A stretch of 64,000 nt of DNA, taken from contig JASMDC010000007.1 in assembly GCA_030753015.1 (NCBI GenBank), positions 63,107-127,106 of the forward strand, read 5' to 3'. The position numbers and the translations under genes are program-made. Under the pieces are notes generated by a model. The model was not told the origin of the DNA, made no database searches, and saw only the letters and a list, made by a program, of their open reading frames with translations. Source of the DNA: Candidatus Undinarchaeales archaeon. Lineage in GTDB: Archaea > SpSt-1190 > JASMDC01. Below, in pieces: positions 8,721 to 18,951 of the stretch (the stretch's first letter is position 1; each line of letters opens with the position of its first letter).

Positions 8721-11700
8721 GGTGATGGGGCTGGTGGCCGTCATGTCGAAGGTGATGACACCGCTCTCCTCCTCGCGGTCGGCATTCCAGAGGCCGTTCT
8801 GCCACTCGACGGTCAGGCCATGGACCTCCACATGGGCCCTGTAGCGTCGCGCCGGAGCGATGGCCCGCTTGAGCTCGTCAGGCGTGGTCTCCAGGGTTGC
8901 CTGGCCGTACCCGAGGGACGCGGTCTTCTCACGGGCTTCGATGGTGATGGTGTCCTTGTACCCCAGGGGCGTTGCGAGCACCGCTTCGCCGTTGTCGAAG
9001 GACACGCCGCTCGTAGCGATCGTGGTCCTCGAGCCCAGGTCGAAGGGCAGCCGCTCCACGGACTTCCGACCGATGTTCTGGTAGGTGATCGTCCAGGTGC
9101 GGGTCCGCTTCAGGTCGCGCTTCAGGATGTCCTTGATGGCGACGTCCGTGATGGTGACCGGCCTCGCCCGCAGGGTGGCGGTGATGCCTACCATGTCGCT
9201 AAAGCACTGGTCGTCGTTGAGCGTCTCCTCACCCTCGCCGTACGCGCAGGTCTCGCTCCACTGGGCCCAGTCAGGGTTCCACTCGTTCTCCCGTGTACTT
9301 GCGGTGGCGAAGCTCGTCCGGTTGAGGGACATGCCGTTGGCCAGGGTGAGCTGGACGTTGTAGGAGCGGAAGAACTCCGGTGTGGAGAAGCCCGTCTTGA
9401 TGGTCGTCTCGAGATCGGTTAGCTGGGTCTCGCCCTTCAGCTCGACGTACACGGAACGCTCCTCGCCGATGAACACCGGTGTCTTGAACGACACGGTGAT
9501 GATGGAGCCACCGTTGGGGGCTGAATAGGTGCTCTCGGTGTAGTCCTCACGATTCTGGGGGATGAGGGTCAGCCCGGACTGGTCGATGACAAAGGACATG
9601 GCCTCCACGGGTGTCTCCTGACGGTTGACCATGGACAGGTCCATGGTGTACGTCAGGGCGACGGTCTCGTCCTCGGGCGCGCCCACATTGATGGAGAGGC
9701 TGGGCCTGACGAAGAGCTCACGCTCCGTGATGTCCACATGCGTCATCGCGGTGGCGGGCGCGTCGGGTAGAACGGCCGCGAGCACCAGGCCCGCGACAAG
9801 GCACACCAGTATCATGGCGTTCAGTCCGGCACCGCCGCCGCCCTTGCCGCTGCGGAACATCGACATGGCGAAGAGGGCAGCGATGACGAATGCGACGGCC
9901 AGCAGTGTCTTGAGCTGGGGTATGCCGTCCGGGCCCGGCGGGACGCCGGACGCCTCGTCGAGCATGCCGTTGATCTCCTGGATGAGCGACTTCGCCTTGT
10001 CGTGGTCGCCGGCCTTCACAGCAGCATCGAGCATCCTGCTCAGGTCCGAGATACGGGAGCGGACCTCGGAATCCTCGATGCTCGCGGCCTCGCTGTCGAT
10101 GGTGGCCATGGCGTTCCGGTAGTAGGCCTCCCGGGCAGCGGGGTTCTCGGGGATGTCCACTGTCGGCCGCGGTGTGGCGGCAGCGGTGGGCTTCGGTGTG
10201 GCATCGGTCGTCGGACCGGGCGTGGTCACGGGCCTGGCCGTCGGCTGCGGATCCTCGACGACGACGCCTTCTGCGTAGGGCAGCTCCACAACGTGCACAG
10301 GTTCCGGCTCGGGGGCATCCTGGCCGATGGATAGCACGACCTCGTCAGCGAAGCCCTCGTTCTCGGGCGTGAACTGCGGATAGGCACGTGTTCCGGCGGC
10401 CTGTACACGGCCCTCGGAAGTGGCGGCCAGCTCGTACCACAGGCCCACGTCGCTGGTGTGGTCGAGGAACCATACGATCTTGTCGGCCTTGACTATGACC
10501 TTGCGCACCGACCCGCCCTCGTCGGCGTACCCGGTCACGGTGAAACCGGGCGGGATTGGCTCCTCCACTACAACGAAGTGCTGGTGGACGCCCGAGGTGA
10601 CGGTGATGGATACATTGACGTTGTCCCCGGGATCAGGGACGGTGGTGTCGTAGGTGCGGAGCACGACGATGTCCTCGCCGCGGACCAGCACGACACCCAC
10701 CGGTTCGGACGACACCATACCATCATCAGTGAACGCGACGGCGGCGTCGAGCTTGTACTTCCCGGGCTCGCCGTAGAGCTCGTAGGTGACCGAGGTGCTG
10801 CCCCGGGCAGCGAGGTCCACGGGCCAGTGCAGCGCGAGGTCGGGATCCTTGTCCTCTGATCCGGCCGCGGTCAGTCCTGCGGGCACGAAGTCGTAGAGGT
10901 CGCCTGTCACGGGATCGTTCCCGGTATTGTGGACCACGAGGGTCACGTGCACCCGGTCCCTGCCGGCGGTGGCGAAGGAGGCGCTCTTGGATACGGTGAG
11001 CGCCGGGCCCGTACCGGCTGGCTGGGTGTCGGTGAGCACCGGGAGCTCCCAACTCTCGAACTGTTTTCCGCCGACCTTGGTACCGCGGGCCAGGCCGTAC
11101 TCGGCCTTGGCCGTCCCCAGCTCCAGCCGGTCGACGGCGCGGTCGGTGACGTAGTAGAGCTCGAAGGTCCGCGGCTCGGGAAGGCTGTCAACGTAGAGCC
11201 GGCGCGTGGGCCGCACCTCGACGCCGTCGGGCACGGGCAGCTCGATGCTGATGCGCGCGGGCACCGCCACGTCGGCGTGGGGGGTGAGGGTCATCTTAAC
11301 AGGGTACACACCCGGTGAGGCGGGCTCGCCCACCTCGAACGCAGCGGTCACGTTTCCGCCCAGAGTGGCCGTGGACCACACGTCGTAGAACAGCTTACCC
11401 TTCCCGCGACGCACGATACGGATGGTGTTCTCGCCATGGCGCAGGTAGTCAGTGAGGCGCAGCTCGCCCGACATGCCCCAGATACCCTCGAGATGGACCG
11501 AGTCGATCCGCTCGCCGTTCACGTACAGCTCGACGTTCATATCGGGGATGACCGGGGGTTCGATCTCCAGCAGCCGCAGGTGAGCGGCCAGGGAGGCGAT
11601 CTGGTCGGCAGTGGTGGTGAACTCCCAGGGATTGCGCTCGCGCAGCCACTTCAGCGCGGCCTTCGCGGTGTCGCGGTAGGCGGGCTGCTCCAGAAGCGCC

Positions 11701-14700
11701 ATCGCTGCCTGCGCTGTGGTCTCGTCGGGCCCGCCCAGCGAATACCCGCGGCTCCAAAAGATATAGGGATCGTCCTCCTTGAGCAGGGAGAGCAGCTTGT
11801 TCACAACAGCCCGCTCGTCGCCCTGGGCGTCGCGTGTGTGCGAGAGCAGTCGGGCGTACAGAGCGATTGTGTAGGGATCTGTGATCTCGCCAGCGATCCA
11901 CTTCTGGTGCAGGAAGTTCATACCCTCGCCGGGGACGGACTGGCCCGCCTCGGCCAGGGAGATGAGCACATAGGCCGTCATCCCGGCATCGTTGCCGGTG
12001 AGCCACTGGGTGCCATTGTAGGAGCCGTCGCCGTTGGCGTGGTTGGTCAGCCAGTTCACGGCGCCGTAGACCATCGAATCGTCCACGAGCACGTGGCGCT
12101 TGGCAGTGGAGAGCGCCCGGAGGGCGTAGGCGGTCATGTACGTGGTCGAAGGGCCCTTCTTCCACCAGCCCCAGCCGCCGTCGGCGTGGCGCATGAACAC
12201 AAGCTCAAGGGCAAGGCCACGGACCCGCTCCTTGAACCAGCGGTCGCTGGTGATGAGCTTGAGCTTGGCGCGGTACTCGTGGGAGAGTACCGTGGGGATG
12301 ATCTTGGATGCGGTGACCTCGGTGGTCGGATAGGAGTACCCGTCCACCCGGGCCGAGCCGGTATAGATGGACAGCGACTCGGAGCCGAACCGGGCGTACC
12401 CGCGCACGGAGATGTCGTAGGCCTCCTTGGGCACGTTGATGGTGAACGTCACCTCCTTCTTGTCGGTGTCACCGGACACGGTCTCCTCCCAGGGCACACC
12501 GTTGGGTCGGACCCAGATGCGGTTCTGGACACCATCGGTGAGCTCGGTCCCGTCGGAAGTGGAGGCAGTGGCGAAGAAGGTGAGGTTCTGGTAGAAGGGC
12601 GTGCGGGCCCGCAGGCGCCAGGAGACGGACTGCGGGATGTCCTTGTGGAGGGTGAATGTGGCGGCGTTGGGAGTGAACAGGTCGAACCACTCCTCCTCCT
12701 TGAGACCGGCGAGCGCGTCGAGGTCGCCATCCAGGTAGCTGTGCACGGTCATCTGCATGGTCGTATTGTCGCCCTGTGTGAGCGAGGCGGGGAAGTAGGG
12801 CTTGATGAAGAACTCCTTTTGCGAGACGAAATCAGTGGCGTTCTCCGCGTACCGCGCGTCCATGGTGGACGCGTACACGGCCGCCTTCCAGGTGGTGAGC
12901 GAGTCGGGGACCATCACGGTGGTGGTGAATGTGCCGTCCTCACCGGTGAGGGCGAACGGCTCCCACAGGAATGTCTCGGGGAACATGGTGCGCATCTGCA
13001 CCGTCGCCAGCACATCCGCGGTCTCGCCGGCGCTCAGGGACATGGCCTTGGACTCCTTTGCCATCATCATGCCCTCGTCCGCCATGTCGGCGCTGGCGAA
13101 GCCCGCCTCCATCTCCATGGCGGGGGCGGCCCTCGGTGCCCCGGGCAGGGCCATACTGCCGCCTGCCAGCGCGCGTCCCTTGTTGCGCTGCATGTAATCG
13201 CCGCGGTCCCAGTTGACGCGGGCGGGATTGGCGCTGCTCGACTCCAGCTTTGTGGGGTCGTTGACGGGTGTACCGTACATCCGTCGCATGTTCATGTTGC
13301 TCTGGAAGTTGGCGTTCGAGGTGATGGACCAGGAGCGGGAGAGTGGCCGCGACACGACGTCACCGCGCTCGGACGCATCGATGACCGACTGGTCGACGAC
13401 CTTCACGCCCACGGCAGCGTTCGGTACGGGCCGGCCCTCCTTGTCGGTGACCGTTACTGTGAGGGTGAGCTCGTCGCGGGGCTCGTACACCTCGCGGTCG
13501 ACGCTGATGGTGGTCCTCAGCCCCTTGAGCTTGAGTCGGGCCTGGCCACCTAACGGGTACGTGATCCCGTTGGTGCCGACAGCGAACACGGCCAGTCCCA
13601 CTCCACCGAGGTCGTCCTCGGTCGTTGGGATGCTCACCGTGAAGTTACCGCCGTCGCCCACATTGCGAACCACGGTCCGCAGGGGGATATTGCGCATGTA
13701 GTGGCGCTCTATGATGACGGCATCGGGAGCGAATCCCTCGAACTGATGGACGAACCGCGCCTCGTCACCCGGCTCCACCTCTTGGGTGAGGGTCCACAGC
13801 CGTGCGGTACGGATGGTGCCGAGCACTACCGGGCGCTGGACGGTCAGGGTGAGCCCCCGGTCGTACCCTGTCTCCTCGTTGAAGCCGATGGTGGCCGTGG
13901 CGGATATCGCGTAGAGGCCCTCGGGATGATGGGGGACGGGGACGCCGATGGTCTCGGTCCCGTCGGAGGACGTTTGTATATGGATGCCGACCGACTGCCC
14001 TGCCATGGGGCCGTTGAACGACCAGCGCATGTCATCGTCCTTGACCGGCTCACCGGTGAGGGCGTCGGTGAGCGTGAGCTCGGCAACGACCTTCTCCCCC
14101 TCAAGCCGTGGTGTAAGGGTGAGCTCGTACTTGCCCGAGACGGCCTGGCCGAACGCGCCCCAGGCGCGCCCGTACCGGTCCACGACTCCCAGCTCGCCCT
14201 CAAGGTACATGTACTTCAGGGCGACATCACGGGACACTGTGAAGTCCTGCTCGACCTTCGAACCGGTGGTGGGATCGAGTGTGAGGTCGGTGATCTCCTC
14301 GGGCTTACCGTCAGGGGGGACGCCCGTGAGATCCATCGTCATTGATCGGAGGTTCGACGCGTCAGTGCCCTTGCTCGTAGCCGTCAGATGGAGCGTCTCG
14401 TTCCCCGGGTAGTAGGTCATGGCGACGCTCACGGTCACCTCGGGAGCGAGCTTGGCGCTCTTGGAGAGGTCCACGGTACGGCCCGCGGGATCGGTGATAT
14501 GGGCCTCGACCACGATGTGGGTGCCTTTCAGCTCCTCCAGCGGTACCTCGAAGGAGCCCACGCCGTCGGTGTCGGTGGTGAGGTTGATGCGCTTGTAGAC
14601 CTGGAGCTTGACAAGGTCCGGGCCGCCGCCCCGGGGCGACACCATCCCGGGGTAGGCCATCTCCTTGGCCATCATGGGCTCGTAGTAGTCCATCTCCCCC

Positions 14701-16199
14701 CCGTAGTACATGGGCTCGTCGTAGTACACGCGCCCTCCGTAGTAGCCGCTTCCCGGCTCGCGAGCGGCCCACCATACGGTGAGCTCCACGTCGCTGTTGG
14801 AGGCCGGTTTGCCGAAGTAGTAGCGCAGGGAGACATTGCCCTTGACCACGTCGCCATGATCGTAGCCCTCGTTCTCCTTGTCCAGCTCCATCTCGCTGAT
14901 CAGCTGCTTCTTCTCGAAGAACTTCACCTCGATCTGCTGTCCTCTGCCCCCGTCCACATTGAACCAGTAGGTCTCCTCGTCGATGTTCATGGGGAGGGTG
15001 ACCTGGCCGTCGTAGATGCCGTACTCGTTGCTGGTCAGGGTCTCTTCGAGGATGGTGAACCCCCGGTTGCTGCGGAGCGTGACCTTGATCTTCTGGGAGA
15101 CGGGGAGCACGCGCTCGCCCGTCCACTTCCAGGAGTAGCCCCGGAAGAACACTGTCTGGCCCGGATTGTAGATGGGCCGGTCGGTGGCGAAAGCGATGTC
15201 GGTCCAGGACGAGGATGAACAGGATGAGTAGGTGCCCAACTTGTAGCTCCCGTTCCTACCGTCGGGAAGCGTATAGATGATGGTGGTCTGGTCGGAGGAG
15301 ACCGAGCCCTTGGGGAAGAGCACGTGTCCGGCCGTGTTGGTCGTGAGCGTGACGCCGTTGACGGTGACAGAGGCGCCCTGGACCGGTTTCATGGTGGCCG
15401 GGTCAAGTAGCACCACAACGAACACATTGCACCGGTCGGGTGTGGGGACGAGCACGATCGCGGGAGCAACGGTGAGGCTCGTGGCCTGGGTGCGCCTGCC
15501 CTCGCCAGGGAATATGTCAGCGACGACGTGATAAGAGCCGGGGGAGAGGTTCACTGACGGTACGTAGGTCCCTTCCTCCACCCAGGTGAACTCCTCGAAC
15601 ACCTTTTCGGTGTCGGTGTACACGCGCACGATCATCACACCACGGTAGGCGCCGAAACGGTGGACGGCGGTGACCGGGAGCGGTGTGTCGATGCCGGACG
15701 GGAGCACGGACGAGCGGGGAGAGATGATGATGGCCGCATCGTTGGCGTAGGGATGCTGGGATATGTACGCTTCCTTCTCGTACAGACCGCGGTTGTATCG
15801 GCGGCCGACCTGGCGTCGCACATCAAAGGAGACCGCCTTCATATAATCGCCCATCAGGGCCGTCATGGTCCAGCTGCCGAACCACGGGTCCTCGTAGTTG
15901 GGCGGGGTTCCCATGGGTATCTCGTAGGTGTAGGAAGCAGTGGGTCCCGAGGGCGTGATGGTCCGCTTGTCCATCACCTGGCCTCGCGGGTCAGTGAGCT
16001 GGATGATGGTTGACTCACCGGTCACGAGCCCGGAATCATCGAAGTAGGCGAGCTTGACCTCCATGGTCTCGCCAGGCTCATAATAGCGCTGGACAACCAG
16101 GGGCAGCACCTTGGTGCCGGCGCCCTGGGCCAGAGCGAGCGCGATGATGGCGGTTACGAGCAGTACGATCGATAGTCTTCCTCGAACTCCCATACTCAA
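8697..16199 (-). CDS. Large secreted/membrane-anchored alpha-2-macroglobulin family protein lacking the thioester Cys
   Basis: Signal peptide; MG2 motif TDRPIYNPGQTVFFR; MRTMFPETFLW and PDSLTTW (A2M domain); DGGWGWW...TAYAL (TED); VVVEEPIPPGF (receptor-binding-like). Confidence 0.88.
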   Translation of the reverse strand: MSMGVRGRLSIVLLVTAIIALALAQGAGTKVLPLVVQRYYEPGETMEVKLAYFDDSGLVTGESTIIQLTDPRGQVMDKRTITPSGPTASYTYEIPMGTPPNYEDPWFGSWTMTALMGDYMKAVSFDVRRQVGRRYNRGLYEKEAYISQHPYANDAAIIISPRSSVLPSGIDTPLPVTAVHRFGAYRGVMIVRVYTDTEKVFEEFTWVEEGTYVPSVNLSPGSYHVVADIFPGEGRRTQATSLTVAPAIVLVPTPDRCNVFVVVLLDPATMKPVQGASVTVNGVTLTTNTAGHVLFPKGSVSSDQTTIIYTLPDGRNGSYKLGTYSSCSSSSWTDIAFATDRPIYNPGQTVFFRGYSWKWTGERVLPVSQKIKVTLRSNRGFTILEETLTSNEYGIYDGQVTLPMNIDEETYWFNVDGGRGQQIEVKFFEKKQLISEMELDKENEGYDHGDVVKGNVSLRYYFGKPASNSDVELTVWWAAREPGSGYYGGRVYYDEPMYYGGEMDYYEPMMAKEMAYPGMVSPRGGGPDLVKLQVYKRINLTTDTDGVGSFEVPLEELKGTHIVVEAHITDPAGRTVDLSKSAKLAPEVTVSVAMTYYPGNETLHLTATSKGTDASNLRSMTMDLTGVPPDGKPEEITDLTLDPTTGSKVEQDFTVSRDVALKYMYLEGELGVVDRYGRAWGAFGQAVSGKYELTLTPRLEGEKVVAELTLTDALTGEPVKDDDMRWSFNGPMAGQSVGIHIQTSSDGTETIGVPVPHHPEGLYAISATATIGFNEETGYDRGLTLTVQRPVVLGTIRTARLWTLTQEVEPGDEARFVHQFEGFAPDAVIIERHYMRNIPLRTVVRNVGDGGNFTVSIPTTEDDLGGVGLAVFAVGTNGITYPLGGQARLKLKGLRTTISVDREVYEPRDELTLTVTVTDKEGRPVPNAAVGVKVVDQSVIDASERGDVVSRPLSRSWSITSNANFQSNMNMRRMYGTPVNDPTKLESSSANPARVNWDRGDYMQRNKGRALAGGSMALPGAPRAAPAMEMEAGFASADMADEGMMMAKESKAMSLSAGETADVLATVQMRTMFPETFLWEPFALTGEDGTFTTTVMVPDSLTTWKAAVYASTMDARYAENATDFVSQKEFFIKPYFPASLTQGDNTTMQMTVHSYLDGDLDALAGLKEEEWFDLFTPNAATFTLHKDIPQSVSWRLRARTPFYQNLTFFATASTSDGTELTDGVQNRIWVRPNGVPWEETVSGDTDKKEVTFTINVPKEAYDISVRGYARFGSESLSIYTGSARVDGYSYPTTEVTASKIIPTVLSHEYRAKLKLITSDRWFKERVRGLALELVFMRHADGGWGWWKKGPSTTYMTAYALRALSTAKRHVLVDDSMVYGAVNWLTNHANGDGSYNGTQWLTGNDAGMTAYVLISLAEAGQSVPGEGMNFLHQKWIAGEITDPYTIALYARLLSHTRDAQGDERAVVNKLLSLLKEDDPYIFWSRGYSLGGPDETTAQAAMALLEQPAYRDTAKAALKWLRERNPWEFTTTADQIASLAAHLRLLEIEPPVIPDMNVELYVNGERIDSVHLEGIWGMSGELRLTDYLRHGENTIRIVRRGKGKLFYDVWSTATLGGNVTAAFEVGEPASPGVYPVKMTLTPHADVAVPARISIELPVPDGVEVRPTRRLYVDSLPEPRTFELYYVTDRAVDRLELGTAKAEYGLARGTKVGGKQFESWELPVLTDTQPAGTGPALTVSKSASFATAGRDRVHVTLVVHNTGNDPVTGDLYDFVPAGLTAAGSEDKDPDLALHWPVDLAARGSTSVTYELYGEPGKYKLDAAVAFTDDGMVSSEPVGVVLVRGEDIVVLRTYDTTVPDPGDNVNVSITVTSGVHQHFVVVEEPIPPGFTVTGYADEGGSVRKVIVKADKIVWFLDHTSDVGLWYELAATSEGRVQAAGTRAYPQFTPENEGFADEVVLSIGQDAPEPEPVHVVELPYAEGVVVEDPQPTARPVTTPGPTTDATPKPTAAATPRPTVDIPENPAAREAYYRNAMATIDSEAASIEDSEVRSRISDLSRMLDAAVKAGDHDKAKSLIQEINGMLDEASGVPPGPDGIPQLKTLLAVAFVIAALFAMSMFRSGKGGGGAGLNAMILVCLVAGLVLAAVLPDAPATAMTHVDITERELFVRPSLSINVGAPEDETVALTYTMDLSMVNRQETPVEAMSFVIDQSGLTLIPQNREDYTESTYSAPNGGSIITVSFKTPVFIGEERSVYVELKGETQLTDLETTIKTGFSTPEFFRSYNVQLTLANGMSLNRTSFATASTRENEWNPDWAQWSETCAYGEGEETLNDDQCFSDMVGITATLRARPVTITDVAIKDILKRDLKRTRTWTITYQNIGRKSVERLPFDLGSRTTIATSGVSFDNGEAVLATPLGYKDTITIEAREKTASLGYGQATLETTPDELKRAIAPARRYRAHVEVHGLTVEWQNGLWNADREEESGVITFDMTATSPITYSLRVVT

Positions 16200-16315
16200 G
16201 GATGAGTCAAGCAGTTATTAAATATCTCGACGTTTTTTTAGGGTGTTTTCCCAACGGTCCCGCGGGCGTGGTGCCACGGTTATTCTTTTATTAGTACGGC
16301 ATCTATTCCCGTCCC

Positions 16316-17545
16316 ATGAGAGGCAAGGTCGCTGTCATCGGTGCAGGACAGGGCGGCATCACGTTCTCCCTCCTCTGGATCCTCAACAAGGTCGTACCGA
16401 CCAAGAATCTCACACTCTTCGAGTCCCCTGCCGGTGGGCTCAAGAAGCGCCTCGATGTATTGCAGCAGGCAGAATCGTGGACATTCAAGATCGCGAACCC
16501 GAAGGACGCTGCCAAGATCAAGAGCACCCATGAGATCACAACGCTGCCCAAGGTCACCAACGACATCGCTGAGGCGGTCACCGATGCAGATTACATCCAC
16601 ATACTCACGCCCGCCCATCACCACCGGAGTCTGGTCAGTAGCCTTGCGCCCCACATCGATCGGGAAGGGGCTTACCTCATCATCCACTCGGACGGCGTGG
16701 GCGGCACACTCTGCGCACGGAAGATCCTGCACGAGGACACCGGCTCGAAGCGCCAGCAGAAGGTCCGCAGGTCAGTGCAGATCCTGGGCACTGAGACGCT
16801 GGGTATCACTTGCAAAGCATTCGTGAACATCGAGGAGGGAACGGTCACCTCCCTGCTCAAACGCCAGAAGAACAACCTGCTCGCGACCGGGGTCCCAATT
16901 AGGCCCATGGAGAAGAACATGGCGAAAGTGCAGCCGTTCTTCCTGCCGACGAAGCTGCAGCCCTGCAACGATCCTCTGGAGGAGGGTGTTCACGACTCGC
17001 CCGCTTTCCATGCTCTGGGCATGCTCGGCAACGTGAGCAAGATCATGGCCGTCGCCAGGGGCGATCGGAACCCATTCAACTTCTACCTCAGTTTCACCAA
17101 GAAGATGACGGAACGGATGGAGCGCTTCGACAAGGAAAGGGCCCGGATCTCGGTCAACCTGGGCATGGAGCCTGCAAAGTCGTGCCGCACCTTCCTTAAC
17201 GGGGCGTACGACATCGCCCTCACCGACAAGAAGGGCAGACGCCGTTCGCTCCACGAGATGCTCAATGATCGTAAGACCCCGTACTACGGGGGTCCCGAGG
17301 TGTCGCCTGCGCCCAGTATCCTGACCCACCGGTACCTCACCGAGGAGCTCCCCACCAGGGTCGTTCCCATGTGGTCGCTGGGCAAGGCGCTTGATATGGA
17401 CGTGCCCGTCCACCAGAGCGTCATCGACGAGGTGATCGCCCTCGGTATGGAGCGCATCGTCAAGGAAGGCAGGACGCTCGCTGCCATGGGGATATCGCGA
17501 TCCGGGGTGCGGAAGTGGAAGGAAACGGTCAAGCAGTTCTACTAG
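16316..17545 (+). CDS. NAD/NADP opine (octopine/nopaline) dehydrogenase family protein
   Basis: VAVIGAGQGG Rossmann fold; DKER and HRYLTEELP C-terminal family motifs. Confidence 0.75.
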   Translation: MRGKVAVIGAGQGGITFSLLWILNKVVPTKNLTLFESPAGGLKKRLDVLQQAESWTFKIANPKDAAKIKSTHEITTLPKVTNDIAEAVTDADYIHILTPAHHHRSLVSSLAPHIDREGAYLIIHSDGVGGTLCARKILHEDTGSKRQQKVRRSVQILGTETLGITCKAFVNIEEGTVTSLLKRQKNNLLATGVPIRPMEKNMAKVQPFFLPTKLQPCNDPLEEGVHDSPAFHALGMLGNVSKIMAVARGDRNPFNFYLSFTKKMTERMERFDKERARISVNLGMEPAKSCRTFLNGAYDIALTDKKGRRRSLHEMLNDRKTPYYGGPEVSPAPSILTHRYLTEELPTRVVPMWSLGKALDMDVPVHQSVIDEVIALGMERIVKEGRTLAAMGISRSGVRKWKETVKQFY

Positions 17546-18951
17546 AGAGCGAGGGTCCCGGTCCACGTGTCTGGACGCTGAACAATGTCCTCCTTCTTGA
17601 CGGTACGGGGGAGAATCCTCCGAGAGCCTCGAGCATCACGTTCGCTCCCGACGGGACCATCACCTCGATAACACCAGGGGCAGAAGGTGAGTGCGAGCTC
17701 ATGGCCGAGCCCGCTGTAGTCAACATCCACGCCCACGGGATCATCCCCGGCACGCCGCTCTTCTCCAGCGCTTCGGAGCCCCCGGTGCCCGAGCAGACCC
17801 TGGAGAACCTCCGGATACACCTCCGGCAGGGGACCGGGACGATCATATCGGCGGACAACTTCTGTGATCCCGTCGCAGTGCGTACTGTACGCCGGGCCTT
17901 CCCCTATCTCTCCATCTACACACTCTCCAACGTGAATCCCCACGCCCTGGCCGCGGCGAGGTGCGTGGACGGACGCGGGCTCTCCGAGGCTAGGTTCCTG
18001 GACACAGAGACCCAGATCAGGCGCCATCCCGACGTTGTGATCGGTGTGGGAGAGGTAGGCTCGGGCGCCACATTCCTCGGTGGTGTTGCCGCCTACCGTA
18101 TCATCCCCGACATCGTCCGCGCGCGGTGCGGCGTCGTATTGGGGGAGCGTGGCGGGGAGCGACTGAAGAAAGCACTGTACGATCTGCGTACGCTCATACC
18201 CCGGGAAAGCCCTGAGGAGCTCAAGAAGTACCGGGAGGCGGCAGCCGACCTTGGCATACCGGTCGGGTCAATGGATGGTATTCGGCGCGACATCGTCGAA
18301 CGGCTGGGACCTGCGGTCAAGGAGGAGATGGAGAGCACGCGCTATGCTGCTCAGGTGGCTAAGATGACCGGCGCTCCCATGCTCGTCCACACGGGGCTAC
18401 CCTCCCTGGGTGTCATCGAAAGGATCGCCGACCTGCCCCGAGTGCTCGTGCTGGGCCATACCAACCACCCCGCCATCCCGCCCGACGAGGCGATGGCCTG
18501 GGTCCGTTCGATCAAGGAGCGGCGTAAGTACCCCACGTACGCCGGCGCCTCGACGTTCAACTCGGCCCGGGAGGGCTTCACTGACGAGCTGGAGACCTTC
18601 GTCAGGTTCATCGATGAGGGCGCTGCCGACATAATATCCACCGACTACGGCGCCGGTCACCACGACCCCATCAGGGGCCGCGTACTGGCCGCCTGCAAGG
18701 AGACCGGTAAGGAGTACTGGCGGGTGCTGCCGGCCTTCACAAGCACGCCAGCGGACGTCTTCGGGTTCGACTCAGGGGTGCTCGCTGAGGGCCGGCCAGC
18801 TGACGTGGTGCTCGCCAACATCGATGACCCGCGAACACCGCTCGCGGTCGTCCACCGGGGACGGCTCGCGTACCGGGCCGAAGGTGCCGAGGATGCTCTG
18901 TCAGGGTGTCTCGAGCTCGAGGGACCGTCAACTGTCAAGGGAGATGAGTAG
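17515..18951 (+). CDS. Amidohydrolase superfamily metallohydrolase
   Basis: VNIHAH, LVHTG, GHTNH, ISTDYG, TPADVFG, GVLAEGRPADVVL. Confidence 0.8.
   Translation: MEGNGQAVLLESEGPGPRVWTLNNVLLLDGTGENPPRASSITFAPDGTITSITPGAEGECELMAEPAVVNIHAHGIIPGTPLFSSASEPPVPEQTLENLRIHLRQGTGTIISADNFCDPVAVRTVRRAFPYLSIYTLSNVNPHALAAARCVDGRGLSEARFLDTETQIRRHPDVVIGVGEVGSGATFLGGVAAYRIIPDIVRARCGVVLGERGGERLKKALYDLRTLIPRESPEELKKYREAAADLGIPVGSMDGIRRDIVERLGPAVKEEMESTRYAAQVAKMTGAPMLVHTGLPSLGVIERIADLPRVLVLGHTNHPAIPPDEAMAWVRSIKERRKYPTYAGASTFNSAREGFTDELETFVRFIDEGAADIISTDYGAGHHDPIRGRVLAACKETGKEYWRVLPAFTSTPADVFGFDSGVLAEGRPADVVLANIDDPRTPLAVVHRGRLAYRAEGAEDALSGCLELEGPSTVKGDE

Noticed and set aside
11436-13553. 705-aa + strand ORF and the many similar antisense ORFs (e.g. 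480..1061, 24367..25878, 2668..3903)
   Set aside because: Shadow frames opposite well-supported genes in high-GC DNA
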